Shown in pieces: positions 10,691-21,076 of a stretch of 64,000 nt of DNA. The notes below the pieces were generated by a model. The model made no database searches. It saw only the letters and a list, made by a program, of their open reading frames with translations, and had not been told where the DNA came from. The position numbers were made by a program, and so were the translations under genes. This DNA comes from Candidatus Bathyarchaeota archaeon (GTDB lineage Archaea; Thermoproteota; Bathyarchaeia; Bathyarchaeales; Bathycorpusculaceae), in NCBI GenBank assembly GCA_963811105.1, contig CAWEPZ010000009.1, positions 64,001 through 128,000 of the forward strand. Reading direction: 5' to 3'. Every line of letters starts with the position of its first letter. Positions within the stretch are counted from its first letter, which is position 1.

Positions 10691-10758
10691 TTGCCGGATG
10701 ATGAAAAGGCATTAGCTAGACTAATCTGGATGATAGCTCAGAGTTACTCGGACGGCAA
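10691..10758 (+). ncRNA. Box C/D methylation-guide sRNA (23S rRNA H69/H71 targets)
   Basis: Terminal stem TTGCCG/CGGCAA; box C ATGATGA 10698-10704; D' TAGA 10717-20; C' ATGATAG 10730-36; D variant CGGA 10749-52. Guides AAGGCATT and TCAGAGTTACT are complementary to conserved LSU rRNA stretches. TATA-like TTTTATCT at 10664. Confidence 0.8.
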
Positions 10759-10994
10759 CGAAGTGCTGACCAAAAATAGTTTTTCTTCTCTTTACCCCTT
10801 TAAATCTTTTTTAAGTCTATTGGGTCATATTTACCCTTAGACTCCTCTACCCGAAGATTGTAAGACAAAATCATCCGTAGAAAAATTTTGAACGGACAAA
10901 AAGTTCAACTACCGGATAATTTAGCTATCATCCTGACTCGTTCGAGGCTTTTTTCTCAAAAATCTTGTAGAAGCATTTATTAATTCTATTTTTT

Positions 10995-11268
10995 ATGACT
11001 GAAACTATTGAAACCAGGGACAGACACTTAGTAATGTCACATGAAAAGAAACAAAGGCATGAAAATAAATTGCCAATTGTTTTTTGCGAATGCGGGGCAG
11101 AAATACTTGTTATTTCAGATCTAAATGAAATGGTAGGCTGTATTTTGAAACATATGCCACAGAACACAAAACAAATATAAAGAATCCTGAGGAAGCTGAA
11201 GCAGAATACTCTATAATCGAAGAGCTGTTAACCTAAAAAGTTTTGATTTTTATCGGAAATCGTTAATT
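10995..11268 (+). pseudogene. Frameshifted small CxCG protein
   Basis: LPIVFCECGAEILV ORF continues in another frame as ETYATEHKTNIKNPEEAEAEYSIIEELLT*KVL. Confidence 0.45.
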
Positions 11269-11514
11269 CATGTATACCCGAAAATACCAGCGGATTCTCA
11301 ATGGAAATGGTACTTTAGTTGCAGCAGCTCGCTTCACAATAGATATTGCCTAACATTGCTAAGCGACCCACTGAAAGAGCAATTGGTGAACAGTCAATTT
11401 TTCATTTGAAAGTAGCCGCAGTTCCGACGCCTTAATCCTTTTTCCTTCTTTATGGCTTGATTGCGTATGCAACAGCATTCAACCGATAGTAATTCTTAAA
11501 AAGACATTGAAACA

Positions 11515-13170
11515 TTGTTTTACTCCATTCGCAAGGAAGAGAAAAATTTGGAATCGGGTTTGGGTACAAAAATAGTTCTAACAGCATCAGCTACGGAAAT
11601 GAGCGATTTCTGGAATAATCCTTTCATTGCTTTCGCGGGAGGCTTCGGAAAAGGCCCAATTCCACTTTCGTATGTCAGAAAAGCACTGTATCCACATTGT
11701 GGACGCAAAGCCGACGGGCAAGCAAAATTCGCACCCTACGGGCTAAGAAAAGTTGAGGCAATACTGCTTCAAAGTGGCTTTTCAGAAAAAGACATAGCAG
11801 TTGTACACCCTGACGATTTACAGGATTTCATAGGTCCAGAGACTAAAGTCGTAGGAATATCTTCAATGGATCCAACGGGCATGGGATATGTGAGCAAAAC
11901 CTACTCCTCAATCGTTGGAGGCGGAGAACCCATGAACGCCGTGGAATTCAAAAAACTCATCACGCATCCAAGCATAAAGAAATTCAAACCAAAAATTATT
12001 GTTGGCGGCTTCGGCTCATGGCAACTGGAACGGAATCATTCTTCAGACATTTATGGCGTGGATTGCGTGCTTCTCGGCGGAAGGCCAGAGCCAATTGTTG
12101 AAGTTTTCAGAAAAGCACTAAATGGTGAAGTTTTGCCCCGTATCGTCCACGCAGATGAGTCAATCAGCAACTGGGATTACAATTCTAAAATGCCTCTAAC
12201 AAGACATGCAGGCATTCATGGGGCTGTAGAAATTTCAAAGGGTTGCGGAAGGAATTGCCAGTTCTGTACCCCGACAATGCAGCACAAGGTGGATGTGCCC
12301 CTAGATAAAATAATGCAAGAAGTCGCTTTAACTATAGCGGAAGGCAGCGATCACATAAGCCTCATAACGGAGGATCTGTTCCTTTATGGCACGCAAGACA
12401 AAAGTTTTAGGCCAAACAGAGAAGCCGTCGTAAAACTTGTTAAGAGTGTGGCTGATTATCCGGGCGTTAAGAGCATTCAGGCTTCACACATGTCTTTAGC
12501 TCCTGTTTGTAATAATCCCCAGATGGTAAAGGAACTTGCTGAGGTCCTAATAGAACGCAGTTGGTACTCGTTGGGGAAGGAAGCAATAATTACTGCTGAA
12601 ACAGGTGTAGAAACAGGCAGTCCTCGCTTGATGAAGAAGTACATGGGTGGCAAAATGTTGCCTTTTAAGCCTGAGCAATGGCAAGATGTAGTTACTAACG
12701 CCTTTGGAATCCTCAACGATAACAACTGGTATCCACTTGCCACATTGATTATTGGGCTGCCAGATGAAAAAGAGGAAGACATGTTACAAACCCTTGAGTT
12801 AATGGACAGACTCAAAGATTACAATGCATTTTATGTGCCTCTTTTTTTCGTCCCTCTTGAAAACTGCGTTTTAATGAATAAGAAAGGCGCTGAAATGGAC
12901 TCCCTATCTAAAGCCCGTTGGGACTTTTTCATTAAATGCTGGGAATACAACATTAAGATTTGGAAGCCAACTTTCCTCGAAAATCGGTTAACCAACCCGT
13001 TTATCTACAAAACTTTCGACCAAGTTATAATTCCATACTTCGGCAAAATTCTAGGTGCATATTATGGCTTAACACGCGGAGAAAAGAGTGAACAGCTAAA
13101 AAAGGCTGTCTGGACGCTAAGCATGCCTATATCTGAATCAAATCAGCGTAAAATGAAAAATAAGGTTTAG
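11515..13170 (+). CDS. Radical SAM protein with B12-binding-like N-terminal region
   Basis: EISKGCGRNCQFC (CxxxCxxC), APYGLRKVEA, IIVGG, GVETGS, IIGLP. Confidence 0.9.
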   Translation: MFYSIRKEEKNLESGLGTKIVLTASATEMSDFWNNPFIAFAGGFGKGPIPLSYVRKALYPHCGRKADGQAKFAPYGLRKVEAILLQSGFSEKDIAVVHPDDLQDFIGPETKVVGISSMDPTGMGYVSKTYSSIVGGGEPMNAVEFKKLITHPSIKKFKPKIIVGGFGSWQLERNHSSDIYGVDCVLLGGRPEPIVEVFRKALNGEVLPRIVHADESISNWDYNSKMPLTRHAGIHGAVEISKGCGRNCQFCTPTMQHKVDVPLDKIMQEVALTIAEGSDHISLITEDLFLYGTQDKSFRPNREAVVKLVKSVADYPGVKSIQASHMSLAPVCNNPQMVKELAEVLIERSWYSLGKEAIITAETGVETGSPRLMKKYMGGKMLPFKPEQWQDVVTNAFGILNDNNWYPLATLIIGLPDEKEEDMLQTLELMDRLKDYNAFYVPLFFVPLENCVLMNKKGAEMDSLSKARWDFFIKCWEYNIKIWKPTFLENRLTNPFIYKTFDQVIIPYFGKILGAYYGLTRGEKSEQLKKAVWTLSMPISESNQRKMKNKV

Positions 13171-14067
13171 ACAGTTTCTTCCGTCATTTCTTTATTTTCG
13201 TCTTGTTTCTCAATTTCTAGCGGTTGCTCTTCTTCTTGAGCTAAATTAGTCTGTTCTTTTTCATCTGGATGCGGCGTTGATGGCTGGGGAATTTTTAGGA
13301 TTTTTCTTGCATGAGTGATATATCCTGTGTGTCCAGTCATCAATGTTTGGGGACGGGTTTTTCCGCGTTCCACTTGCATTGCGCGCATCATGCATTCGAT
13401 TGTTTCTATGAATACGAAGTTGTTTTCTTTGAGTGCTTCGGTCGTTTTCACAACCTGGTCTATGGTTGGGCTAAATGAAACTATTATGCCTGAAGGTCTC
13501 AAGGCTTCGTAAGCATGTGGAACAACAAGCCATGGAACCGCCAAATCCAAAATCACGGCGTCAACCTCTCTCTCTTCAATGCCCAAAGTCACGTCGCCAC
13601 TTTTCATTTCCACATTGCCGATAAGTTTTGAGCGTTCAAGGTTTTTGGCGGCGTTTTTCTGAAACTCACATCGCAATTCATAGGTGTAAACTTTGCCCGT
13701 TGAACCCACATAATGGGCTAATGCTGTAGTTAATGAGCCCGTTCCTGTGCCAGATTCTACAACGCGGCTGCCTGGTCCGATGCCGCTGAACATAACGATT
13801 AAGGCGGCATCTTTAGGGTAGATAATTTGCGTATTCCTGGAAGATTTCATAATATAATCGGTTAAAGCTGGCTTGAGGGTGGTGAAATAGATGCCTAGGC
13901 TGCTTTTGATGGGTTCACCGTATTCTTTGCCGATTAACTCATCAAGCTTCAAGTAGCCTTTGTGAGTGTGGAAGGTTTGTCCTGCCTGCATTTTTATCAT
14001 GTAGGTTCTTCGTGCGATCTAAGTAAATTAGTACGAAGTCGCCTTCGCTTATTTTTTGGTAAGCCAA
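13167..14067 (-). CDS. trmI: tRNA (adenine57/58-N1)-methyltransferase, with an apparent one-base insertion near 14016
   Basis: FHTHKG, QIIYPKD, ESGTGTG, LDLAVPW, GHTGY. The N-terminus LAYQKISEGDFVLIYLD lies one base out of frame. Confidence 0.9.
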
Positions 14068-14197
14068 CTGCTTTGCCTCTTGGAAGTGAAAATGCAGCTT
14101 GTATCATTTAAGCTTTGAAATTTAAGTGTTAAAGAGAATACGTCTCGTATAAAGAAAAATTCTAAATAAATAGCCACTTGATGGTTGCTTGGTTAAC

Positions 14198-14480
14198 ATG
14201 CCTTACAGTGAAAACTGTGGACTGCTGGTAAATCCGACTTCTAATTTCTGCAGAAGCTGTGGAGCCAACTCAAAAACTTGAAATACACGGAAATGCAGCT
14301 CTCCAGGTGCCCAAACAACAACCCCTTCTCTCTCGATTGCGCCAACAGCAGTCGTTGAGCCATCAAAACCTCAAACGCTCACCCAATAGGCATTAACTGA
14401 AAGAATCTTCAACTTTATCATTGTCTACAAACAGAAAGCTATGTTAAACTCTCCAACTACCAGCAAAATAAATGTTTAAC
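14198..14480 (+). pseudogene. Decayed zinc-ribbon domain gene
   Basis: MPYSENCGLLVNPTSNFCRSCGA followed by stops and frameshifts. Confidence 0.45.
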
Positions 14481-14517
14481 AAGGCCACTGATCAAGCTCT
14501 AGCTTTTGCTATGCTCT

Positions 14518-14796
14518 TTACTTTTCTTTTTCGTACTCTCCTACCATTCGCTTAAGCTTCTTCTCCATGTTCAGTTCATATTCGTGTTCTTTAACCATGG
14601 GAGGTAAAGTTTTCTGCTTAAACAACGTGTCTGGGGGAACGATGCGTTGTTCGCCTTTTTTAACGTTAGTTGCTTCGCCTTCAGTGCAATCCTCAAAATC
14701 TTCTTGAGCTTCCACAATCCAGTAACCTTCACTTTGCGTTACAACCTTAACCTTGTAAAGTCCTTTGTAATACTGAAATTCGCTCATGAAAATCAC
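14518..14796 (-). CDS. Small hypothetical protein
   Basis: Uninterrupted 92-aa ORF with a normal charged composition and an upstream TATA-like TTTATTT. Confidence 0.7.
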   Translation of the reverse strand: MIFMSEFQYYKGLYKVKVVTQSEGYWIVEAQEDFEDCTEGEATNVKKGEQRIVPPDTLFKQKTLPPMVKEHEYELNMEKKLKRMVGEYEKEK

Positions 14797-15494
14797 TAAG
14801 TAATAATTATCGTAAAACTAAATAAAGGCTATTGTTGAAGAGCAAAAACCGGTGCTTTGTAATGCCGCTTCGAAACCTCGAACATGTTCAAAATCTTTCC
14901 AACACCATCTAATTATTCAATCACTATAGTTTCCGATTTGGCGAAAGCTTCTTCGACTTTCGAAAAATCAATTCCTTATCATTACCTTCAAGAGCTGTAA
15001 CCTTCAAGTGCCCGTCGATGTGTAGTGCATCAAGCAAATCGTCATGTTTAATGAAACAATAGTCTGTGACTTTTTTTCTTGGCTGTTTTTCAGAACGTGT
15101 TGAGACGGTTAGATATCTGAGTTCCTAAACTATGCAGGATAGGCCGTCACATTGTAAGATACTCTATCTATTTTCGCCTCAACTTCTGCTTCTTGAAATT
15201 GTTGCCCAGTTATGTTGGTTTTAAGCATCATTAGCAACTGGTTCAAAATTATCCACAAATTCATGTGGCTTCTTGGTTCAGCGTCATGATTTCTAAAGTT
15301 ACCCTGGAAACGGTGGTTGCAATTGGAGTTTGAATCAGAAAATCGTGAGTACGTCCAGAACCGATAGTCTAATGACATACCAGAAAATACATCATCAATC
15401 TCTAGCGTCGCTCGATTGAAATTCTCAAAATCGATTTCTTCTAACATTTTTCTCTAAATTATGATAATAGTTGTCTTGTTTTCATCACTCGCTG

Positions 15495-17198
15495 TCAATT
15501 CGGAGTTTCGACATTTCTGCAGACTTTTGAAATAACCGAAATGATTGACCACATTGTGAAGATGCTAAACACTCTAGTGTACTTACGGGTACCTGCTTTT
15601 TTGACGGCCTCAACTTCTCCGCCAGCCCTCAGATAGCCCTCTATGAATGCTTTGGCAACTGCTTCTGCTTTGATGTTACCGTTTCCTAATGGTTGAATAT
15701 AATGTCCCGCATAGTACATGAAGACGGCAACGTCCCAAGCTCTATCGCCCTTTTCATCTTGCGATGCTTGTTCAAAATCAATCATGTACATAGAACCATC
15801 TTGTTTGACCAGCATGTTATCTGGCTTTGAATCCCCTAAAAGTATGTTATTGGAATGAACTTTAGCCATTATTTCTCCAGCCTGAGCAATTTTTGCTAAT
15901 TCAACTTCAAATTTCTCCCCGGGTGGCGCGGCGGAAACTCGCTTTATTATTTGACTGAGATTCTCTCCCTCTACAAACTCCATGAAAACCAAACGTTCAG
16001 TATTGCTAACGTGCAAAATTTTAGGAACATGAAATCCCTCACTACGTAATAACTCGTTTATTGCACATTCCTTAGCAAGCCTTGATTGAGCGCTAATGGC
16101 AAAGGGTCTTGCCCCAAGAGACCACACTGTCAAAGGAAACCATTTGAACCCAGACCAATCCTTAAACCGCTTAACCAACACTCGGTTCTCTTTACCGCCT
16201 TCTCTTACTTTAATCAAGTATACATCGTTTAGCATTCCGCCGAGAGGCTCAACTTCAATATCTCCGCTTTCATTCAAAAGCATTTTTTTCGCAAACCCTT
16301 TAATGTCTGTTTTATCGGATAGCGATGCTAAACCTGTTGAAGTTTGAAAGAACACGTATTGTTGTGGGTCCACAAACAAATATGGGTCTGGTTGTCTTCT
16401 CCAATTAATCTTTTGAGTTTTTAGAAAAGCTTCGGTGTTATGTGAAACAACGTTTATTAGCTGAGGAAAAGTGCCAAACAATGAGGAGAAAATGGTTCTT
16501 GGAACGGTTTTTGAAAGGTTGACTAATTTGATTATAGGGTTTTGACATTGAGCTAAGAATTCTTTTGAGATTTTAACGTCGCCTTCTGAAAAAATAATTT
16601 GCCCTTCTGCTTCAAGTTGACTCAACGCCTCTATATAGCCGCGAAGGAATTCAGTTTCATTTAATTTTAGTCCATTGATTAGGTTTGATGCTCCATAGGC
16701 GAGAAGAGGTGATAATCGGATTCGACTCAAAAGTACTTCATAAAGGAAATATGGGGGTCTGATTTGTAACCGATTAGTTAACTCAGGAAAACTTGAAGCT
16801 AAATTCTCAATTAGCTCTATAATTAATCGCTTCTTCAAGGCTACTTCTTTCTTATATAAGTAGTCTTCACCAAAAAGAGGTAAATAAGGAAAAATTAGTT
16901 TACTTGCAATTGCTTCTCCCAGAAGGCCATTTTCAATGTCTCGCTCGAAAATCCACTGATCAACTGCAGTAACATAAATGGTTTTTTCGTTTACTGCCTT
17001 TATATAACTCATGAGTCTTGGCTGAAAATTTTGCATTATCACCATTATTTCAATTATTGTTTTTTCGTTAACTGGAGTCATTGAGTAATTGTCGACATGT
17101 GCTATCGCTGCGACTTTAGCGGAGCCGGCAATGTGTCTGCAGAAATCAAGGATTTGAATGTTCAATGCATTGTTTGCAGCGTTGATAGCTTGTTTCAA
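15495..17198 (-). CDS. Protein-kinase-like (Kdo/RIO/Bud32-like) domain fused to a large, possibly nucleotidyltransferase-like N-terminal region
   Basis: VLVKRF Lys, VFMEFVEG hinge, H..GDSKPDN catalytic loop, IDFE. Confidence 0.8.
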   Translation of the reverse strand: MKQAINAANNALNIQILDFCRHIAGSAKVAAIAHVDNYSMTPVNEKTIIEIMVIMQNFQPRLMSYIKAVNEKTIYVTAVDQWIFERDIENGLLGEAIASKLIFPYLPLFGEDYLYKKEVALKKRLIIELIENLASSFPELTNRLQIRPPYFLYEVLLSRIRLSPLLAYGASNLINGLKLNETEFLRGYIEALSQLEAEGQIIFSEGDVKISKEFLAQCQNPIIKLVNLSKTVPRTIFSSLFGTFPQLINVVSHNTEAFLKTQKINWRRQPDPYLFVDPQQYVFFQTSTGLASLSDKTDIKGFAKKMLLNESGDIEVEPLGGMLNDVYLIKVREGGKENRVLVKRFKDWSGFKWFPLTVWSLGARPFAISAQSRLAKECAINELLRSEGFHVPKILHVSNTERLVFMEFVEGENLSQIIKRVSAAPPGEKFEVELAKIAQAGEIMAKVHSNNILLGDSKPDNMLVKQDGSMYMIDFEQASQDEKGDRAWDVAVFMYYAGHYIQPLGNGNIKAEAVAKAFIEGYLRAGGEVEAVKKAGTRKYTRVFSIFTMWSIISVISKVCRNVETPN

Positions 17199-17560
17199 TT
17201 AGTCACCAGTAGTTTAGACATCATAGAATTAGCATTTAGGGGTATTTAAAAACAAGTTCGATGAGGCAGAAAAAGCGATTTTCAGAGAACTTACTGGAAT
17301 CTGAATAAATGGAGCCTTTCGCGCTTGAGATAGCAGTTCTCTAAATGTGTTTGTAGTGCTAATCTTCTGGTTGGTGAACTTTAACGGTCCTCTTCCGGAC
17401 ATATATTGAGTATTGAAATACAATAAACACTGACATAAAGTTGACACATAATGAAAGCATACGAAAACATAATGCATAACAAATAACGTGTAAAATTAAC
17501 ATAAGGTAAATAAATTGAAGCATTATCCAATTAATAGAGAACGCCTGCAGGAACAACTCC

Positions 17561-17893
17561 TTGTCTGAAACCTACAAAAAAGAAATTGTACAACACATAA
17601 TCAGAAACTTATTAGACATACAATTGCTACGCATCATCCAATCCCAACCAACATGGGGATACCACATAAAAAAGCAGGTAGAAGCCGATTTCAGCATAAA
17701 ACTGCGGCATGGCGCATTATACCCAGCGTTAAATGCTCTTGAACGAAAAGGCTTCCTTGAAAGCACAACACAACAAAAAGGGAGACGAGTACGGAAGGTT
17801 TACGCAATTACAGAAAACGGCAAAGCATATTTGCAGGTGTACTACAGCATACTAAGGGCCCAACTTGGCAATGGGAACCTAAAAGCTAGTTGA
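17561..17893 (+). CDS. PadR-family transcriptional regulator
   Basis: WGYHI..GALYPALNALERKG..RKVYAITENG. Confidence 0.92.
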   Translation: MSETYKKEIVQHIIRNLLDIQLLRIIQSQPTWGYHIKKQVEADFSIKLRHGALYPALNALERKGFLESTTQQKGRRVRKVYAITENGKAYLQVYYSILRAQLGNGNLKAS

Positions 17894-18001
17894 ACGTGAG
17901 TTTTCTAAGATTCTTCAAGACTTTGTTTTGTTCTCTGTCAAGAATGAATTGGCATAACAAAGCTTTTATTCTAAATTGAATGACAAAGACCAGAGGATAA
18001 A

Positions 18002-18667
18002 ATGATGACTCTTGAGACAAGCAAAGCCATAGGTGGAATCGGCGCAATACTTCTTATCGTTTCAGCTATAGCATTCTTTGCTCAACCATTTCTGGCATTT
18101 ATCGGCGTTGTAGGAATTATACTTATCTTGTTTGCTCTCCATGGTTTAGCCGGCTACTACAACGAAAGCGGCATATTCAGCAACGCACTCTACAGTTTCA
18201 TCGCTACAATTGTTGGAGCAGTTCTAACAGTTGCGGGCTTCGTTTACCTGTTCTTATACACTACAGTTTTTACCGGCATCACAACTGTTATCTACCCTGA
18301 CTTTCACGGTGACTGGTCAACGATTCCAAACTTAACAGCCAACACAAACCTTAACCCAAATGACCTAGTACCTTTTGTTGGTACGATCCTTTCTGTTCTG
18401 GCTATCACGTGGATATTTCTCATAATCGCATCTTTCTTCTTGTGGCGTTCACTAAAACGTTTATCATCAAAGTCAAATGTTGGGTTATTCTCCACCGCAG
18501 CTATCATAATGCTCATAGGCTCAATAATCCCCGGAATAGGCTTAGTAATAATGTGGTTTGCTTTCCTGTTGATTGCAATTGCATTCTTCCAACTAAAACC
18601 CCAACCGGAACCACCTCAACAGACAGCAGCACCTATCCTTCCACCATCAATGCCTACACCAGTCTAA
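18002..18667 (+). CDS. DUF996 family membrane protein
   Basis: SKAIGGIGAILL N-terminus, several TM helices, Pro-rich tail. Confidence 0.75.
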   Translation: MMTLETSKAIGGIGAILLIVSAIAFFAQPFLAFIGVVGIILILFALHGLAGYYNESGIFSNALYSFIATIVGAVLTVAGFVYLFLYTTVFTGITTVIYPDFHGDWSTIPNLTANTNLNPNDLVPFVGTILSVLAITWIFLIIASFFLWRSLKRLSSKSNVGLFSTAAIIMLIGSIIPGIGLVIMWFAFLLIAIAFFQLKPQPEPPQQTAAPILPPSMPTPV

Positions 18668-19082
18668 ATAAACAAAACTCTTTTTCTATTTTTCATTTTC
18701 ATTTTAAATGATAGATCCTGATTTTCTCAACTCTTCTATTTCGTTTAAGAGATTTTATATTGGTCAATTTTAGGTTATACTCAAACTAACAGTACCACGA
18801 TTAAGATACCCAACAATTATCAAAAACAAAATTCCTAATAGAGCAAACGAAACCTGTGCTTTTTAAAATAGATGAGAATGTAACAGGCTTTGAATTATGC
18901 CATCTGTTGAACTTGAAAACTGTAGCCTTACAGCTGTTATCGTTTGGATATCAGATGTTATAGGCGTTTGGAATGCGACCGAAAACACTTGCTCCTTAAG
19001 GTGCACATCAATCGCAACTTACTACCGAGCCTGTCAGTTTGTTATAACCTGACATTGGTCCGGCGTCTTGAATAGCTTAATT

Positions 19083-19259
19083 TTATCGCGAAGCAGGCTC
19101 CTCAAAGCAAATTATTCCTTCGACTTGGCATGCTAAGATACTATCGTCCTTGATAGATTCTTCTATTTCCGCCTGCGTTCTTGCCATTGCGGGGTACTCG
19201 GGTGCAGTTATCTTCCAGAGTGATGCCTTGTTCTATTTCTTGTTTGTTCATTTTTTCAT
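19083..19259 (-). pseudogene. Internally deleted tyrosine recombinase remnant
   Basis: Start MKKMNKQEIEQ, followed in another frame by AMARTQAEIEESIKDDSILACQVEGIICFEEPA, which aligns with VCLNQAEIEQAIKDDCILVCQSEGITYFKKPA at the end of the 23303 recombinase. Confidence 0.7.
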
Positions 19260-19286
19260 CACCTTTTTCACCAAAACCCATTAAAA

Positions 19287-19333
19287 GACTGGGACGATGC
19301 ATTATCAGCGGGGATGATGTCGCCGTCCCAGCC
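19287..19333 (-). repeat. GC-rich hairpin, copy 1, upstream of the recombinase remnant
   Basis: CTGGGACG..CGTCCCAG stem; 22 nt (19310-19331) identical to 24299-24320. Confidence 0.85.
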
Positions 19334-19419
19334 TTAGGGCAAAGTAATTTTTAGCTGGGGTTTTCCCTGATTTCTATTTGTAGTTGTCTAGTTATAAGCT
19401 TTTCGAAAAGGAAGTTCAG

Positions 19420-20763
19420 CTAGGTTAATTTTTGTCGTTCAAAATAATTGTATAAATCATCTTCAGAATGCAAATTCAATCTTTCCTTCTTCAAATTCAA
19501 ACGAATTATTGAATTCCTTACTAACGTACTTAATTGTCGCAATTCGGACAAAGAGACATAAGTAAATCCTCGATGGACAATATCAGACCTGTAAGTATAC
19601 ATATCTTTTATGAATTTCTTGATACGTTTTCTGTTATCATAATCTTTTGTTAAAAAAAGGGCACATCGCTCAGCAATATTATTTTGAATTGCTTCTCTGT
19701 TTCCATGCGTATAAAGAGCTTCGAACGCTACAAATATCTTGACGAGTTGTTCATTTGTTGAACCGTATTCATTAATCTCTTCTTTTTTAGTAATCGCCCT
19801 TTCTATAATTATTTTTTCATTATCAATTCTTCTAATGGATGTATCAAATATCCTTGCATACCAGTAAGTCGCAAGCAAGATCTTGCGTTCTATACCGCTC
19901 CTTTTTTTGGTCAACAAACTAGACATTTTCTTGAAACCAAATTTCTCCATTTCGTGCAGCTGTACTTTTGTTAAGGTAATCGGTCTGTAGTTTCCCACCA
20001 ACTCAATTCTTGGTGTTAATGATATGTTGCCATAAATTGATTCTTGCAAAATACCCCTTTTAGTGACTCCAAGAACTTCCCCTTCTATACCAAAATTACT
20101 ATTCTCCGTTGTTGCTTCCAAGCAGTAGAGTTTTAAAATATCCAATGCTGCGTTTACTTTGGTTAACGCAATTTCTTCTGCACGGTTCTCTTTACCAACA
20201 CATGTTGTTTCTGCGCATGTATTACCTATAAGACCTTTCAAATGGTCTTCCTTAAGTGTTTTTACGAAATCCCTTTTCTGAGCGGTTGTATAATAGGTAT
20301 TATTTCGTAATATCCGATAGAATGTCGCTATGGCTTTTTTTTCATGACTATGCTTGTATTTAAAAAATCGGATGCCGCCTACGGAAAAATCCTTTTCTAG
20401 CTGAAGATTTTTGACTGGAATGACAAATTTATAGGGTTTTATCTCACTTCTTATTGATATAATAAATTTCTTTAAGGATGCTTTAATATATGGCTCCTTT
20501 AATGCTAACGGATAAGCACTTGCCCGAGAAACAATATCTTGATACTTGCTTTCAATTTCTTTTATTGTGTAATTCCTTCGTATATCATTTGTTTTCAATG
20601 TTTCTCTAATCGCATCGTTAAACCGCTTATCAAGAATCTCATCTAGACTAATCGCTGGCATGTTTTCTTTAAACCAAATTCTAACCTCTTTCCCAGTGGA
20701 TTTGTTAGAACTTATAAAAAGTAAGTCTTCAACTACTTTTTGGTTATTAGTCTGGGTCTTCAT
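19420..20763 (-). CDS. Apea-like HEPN domain protein (putative RNase / defence effector)
   Basis: C-terminal IFVAFEALY..IAERCA..MYTYRSDIVH (RxxxxH); AT-rich coding. Confidence 0.8.
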   Translation of the reverse strand: MKTQTNNQKVVEDLLFISSNKSTGKEVRIWFKENMPAISLDEILDKRFNDAIRETLKTNDIRRNYTIKEIESKYQDIVSRASAYPLALKEPYIKASLKKFIISIRSEIKPYKFVIPVKNLQLEKDFSVGGIRFFKYKHSHEKKAIATFYRILRNNTYYTTAQKRDFVKTLKEDHLKGLIGNTCAETTCVGKENRAEEIALTKVNAALDILKLYCLEATTENSNFGIEGEVLGVTKRGILQESIYGNISLTPRIELVGNYRPITLTKVQLHEMEKFGFKKMSSLLTKKRSGIERKILLATYWYARIFDTSIRRIDNEKIIIERAITKKEEINEYGSTNEQLVKIFVAFEALYTHGNREAIQNNIAERCALFLTKDYDNRKRIKKFIKDMYTYRSDIVHRGFTYVSLSELRQLSTLVRNSIIRLNLKKERLNLHSEDDLYNYFERQKLT

Positions 20764-21076
20764 TAAACGATAACTCCATTTGTTATTTGTCGTGTATCGT
20801 GTTAACGATATCTTGGGTTAAACGTGTTTTAAGTTTTGCCTTCTTTTAGGTTAGTCAAATTCTCATAGATTCTTAAAATATTGATTGCAGTGCAAAAACA
20901 GAGTCCTTGCTTGTGAGGGGGGTGCCCTTTAGGGTGGTGTTCCTCACTAAGCGAGGTGTTTTTGCTTAGCAGTTGTGTTGTTGTCGTCAGATTTTAGATT
21001 CTTGGAGTATTCAAAAAATGGCTTTCTGATTACTCTTGTGCAGACATAGAGTAATTCCTTTTGCTTCTTTTTCAAA

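Noticed and set aside
14850-15447. 105-aa ORF and adjacent fragments
   Set aside because: Probably a decayed gene, but no family could be recognised.
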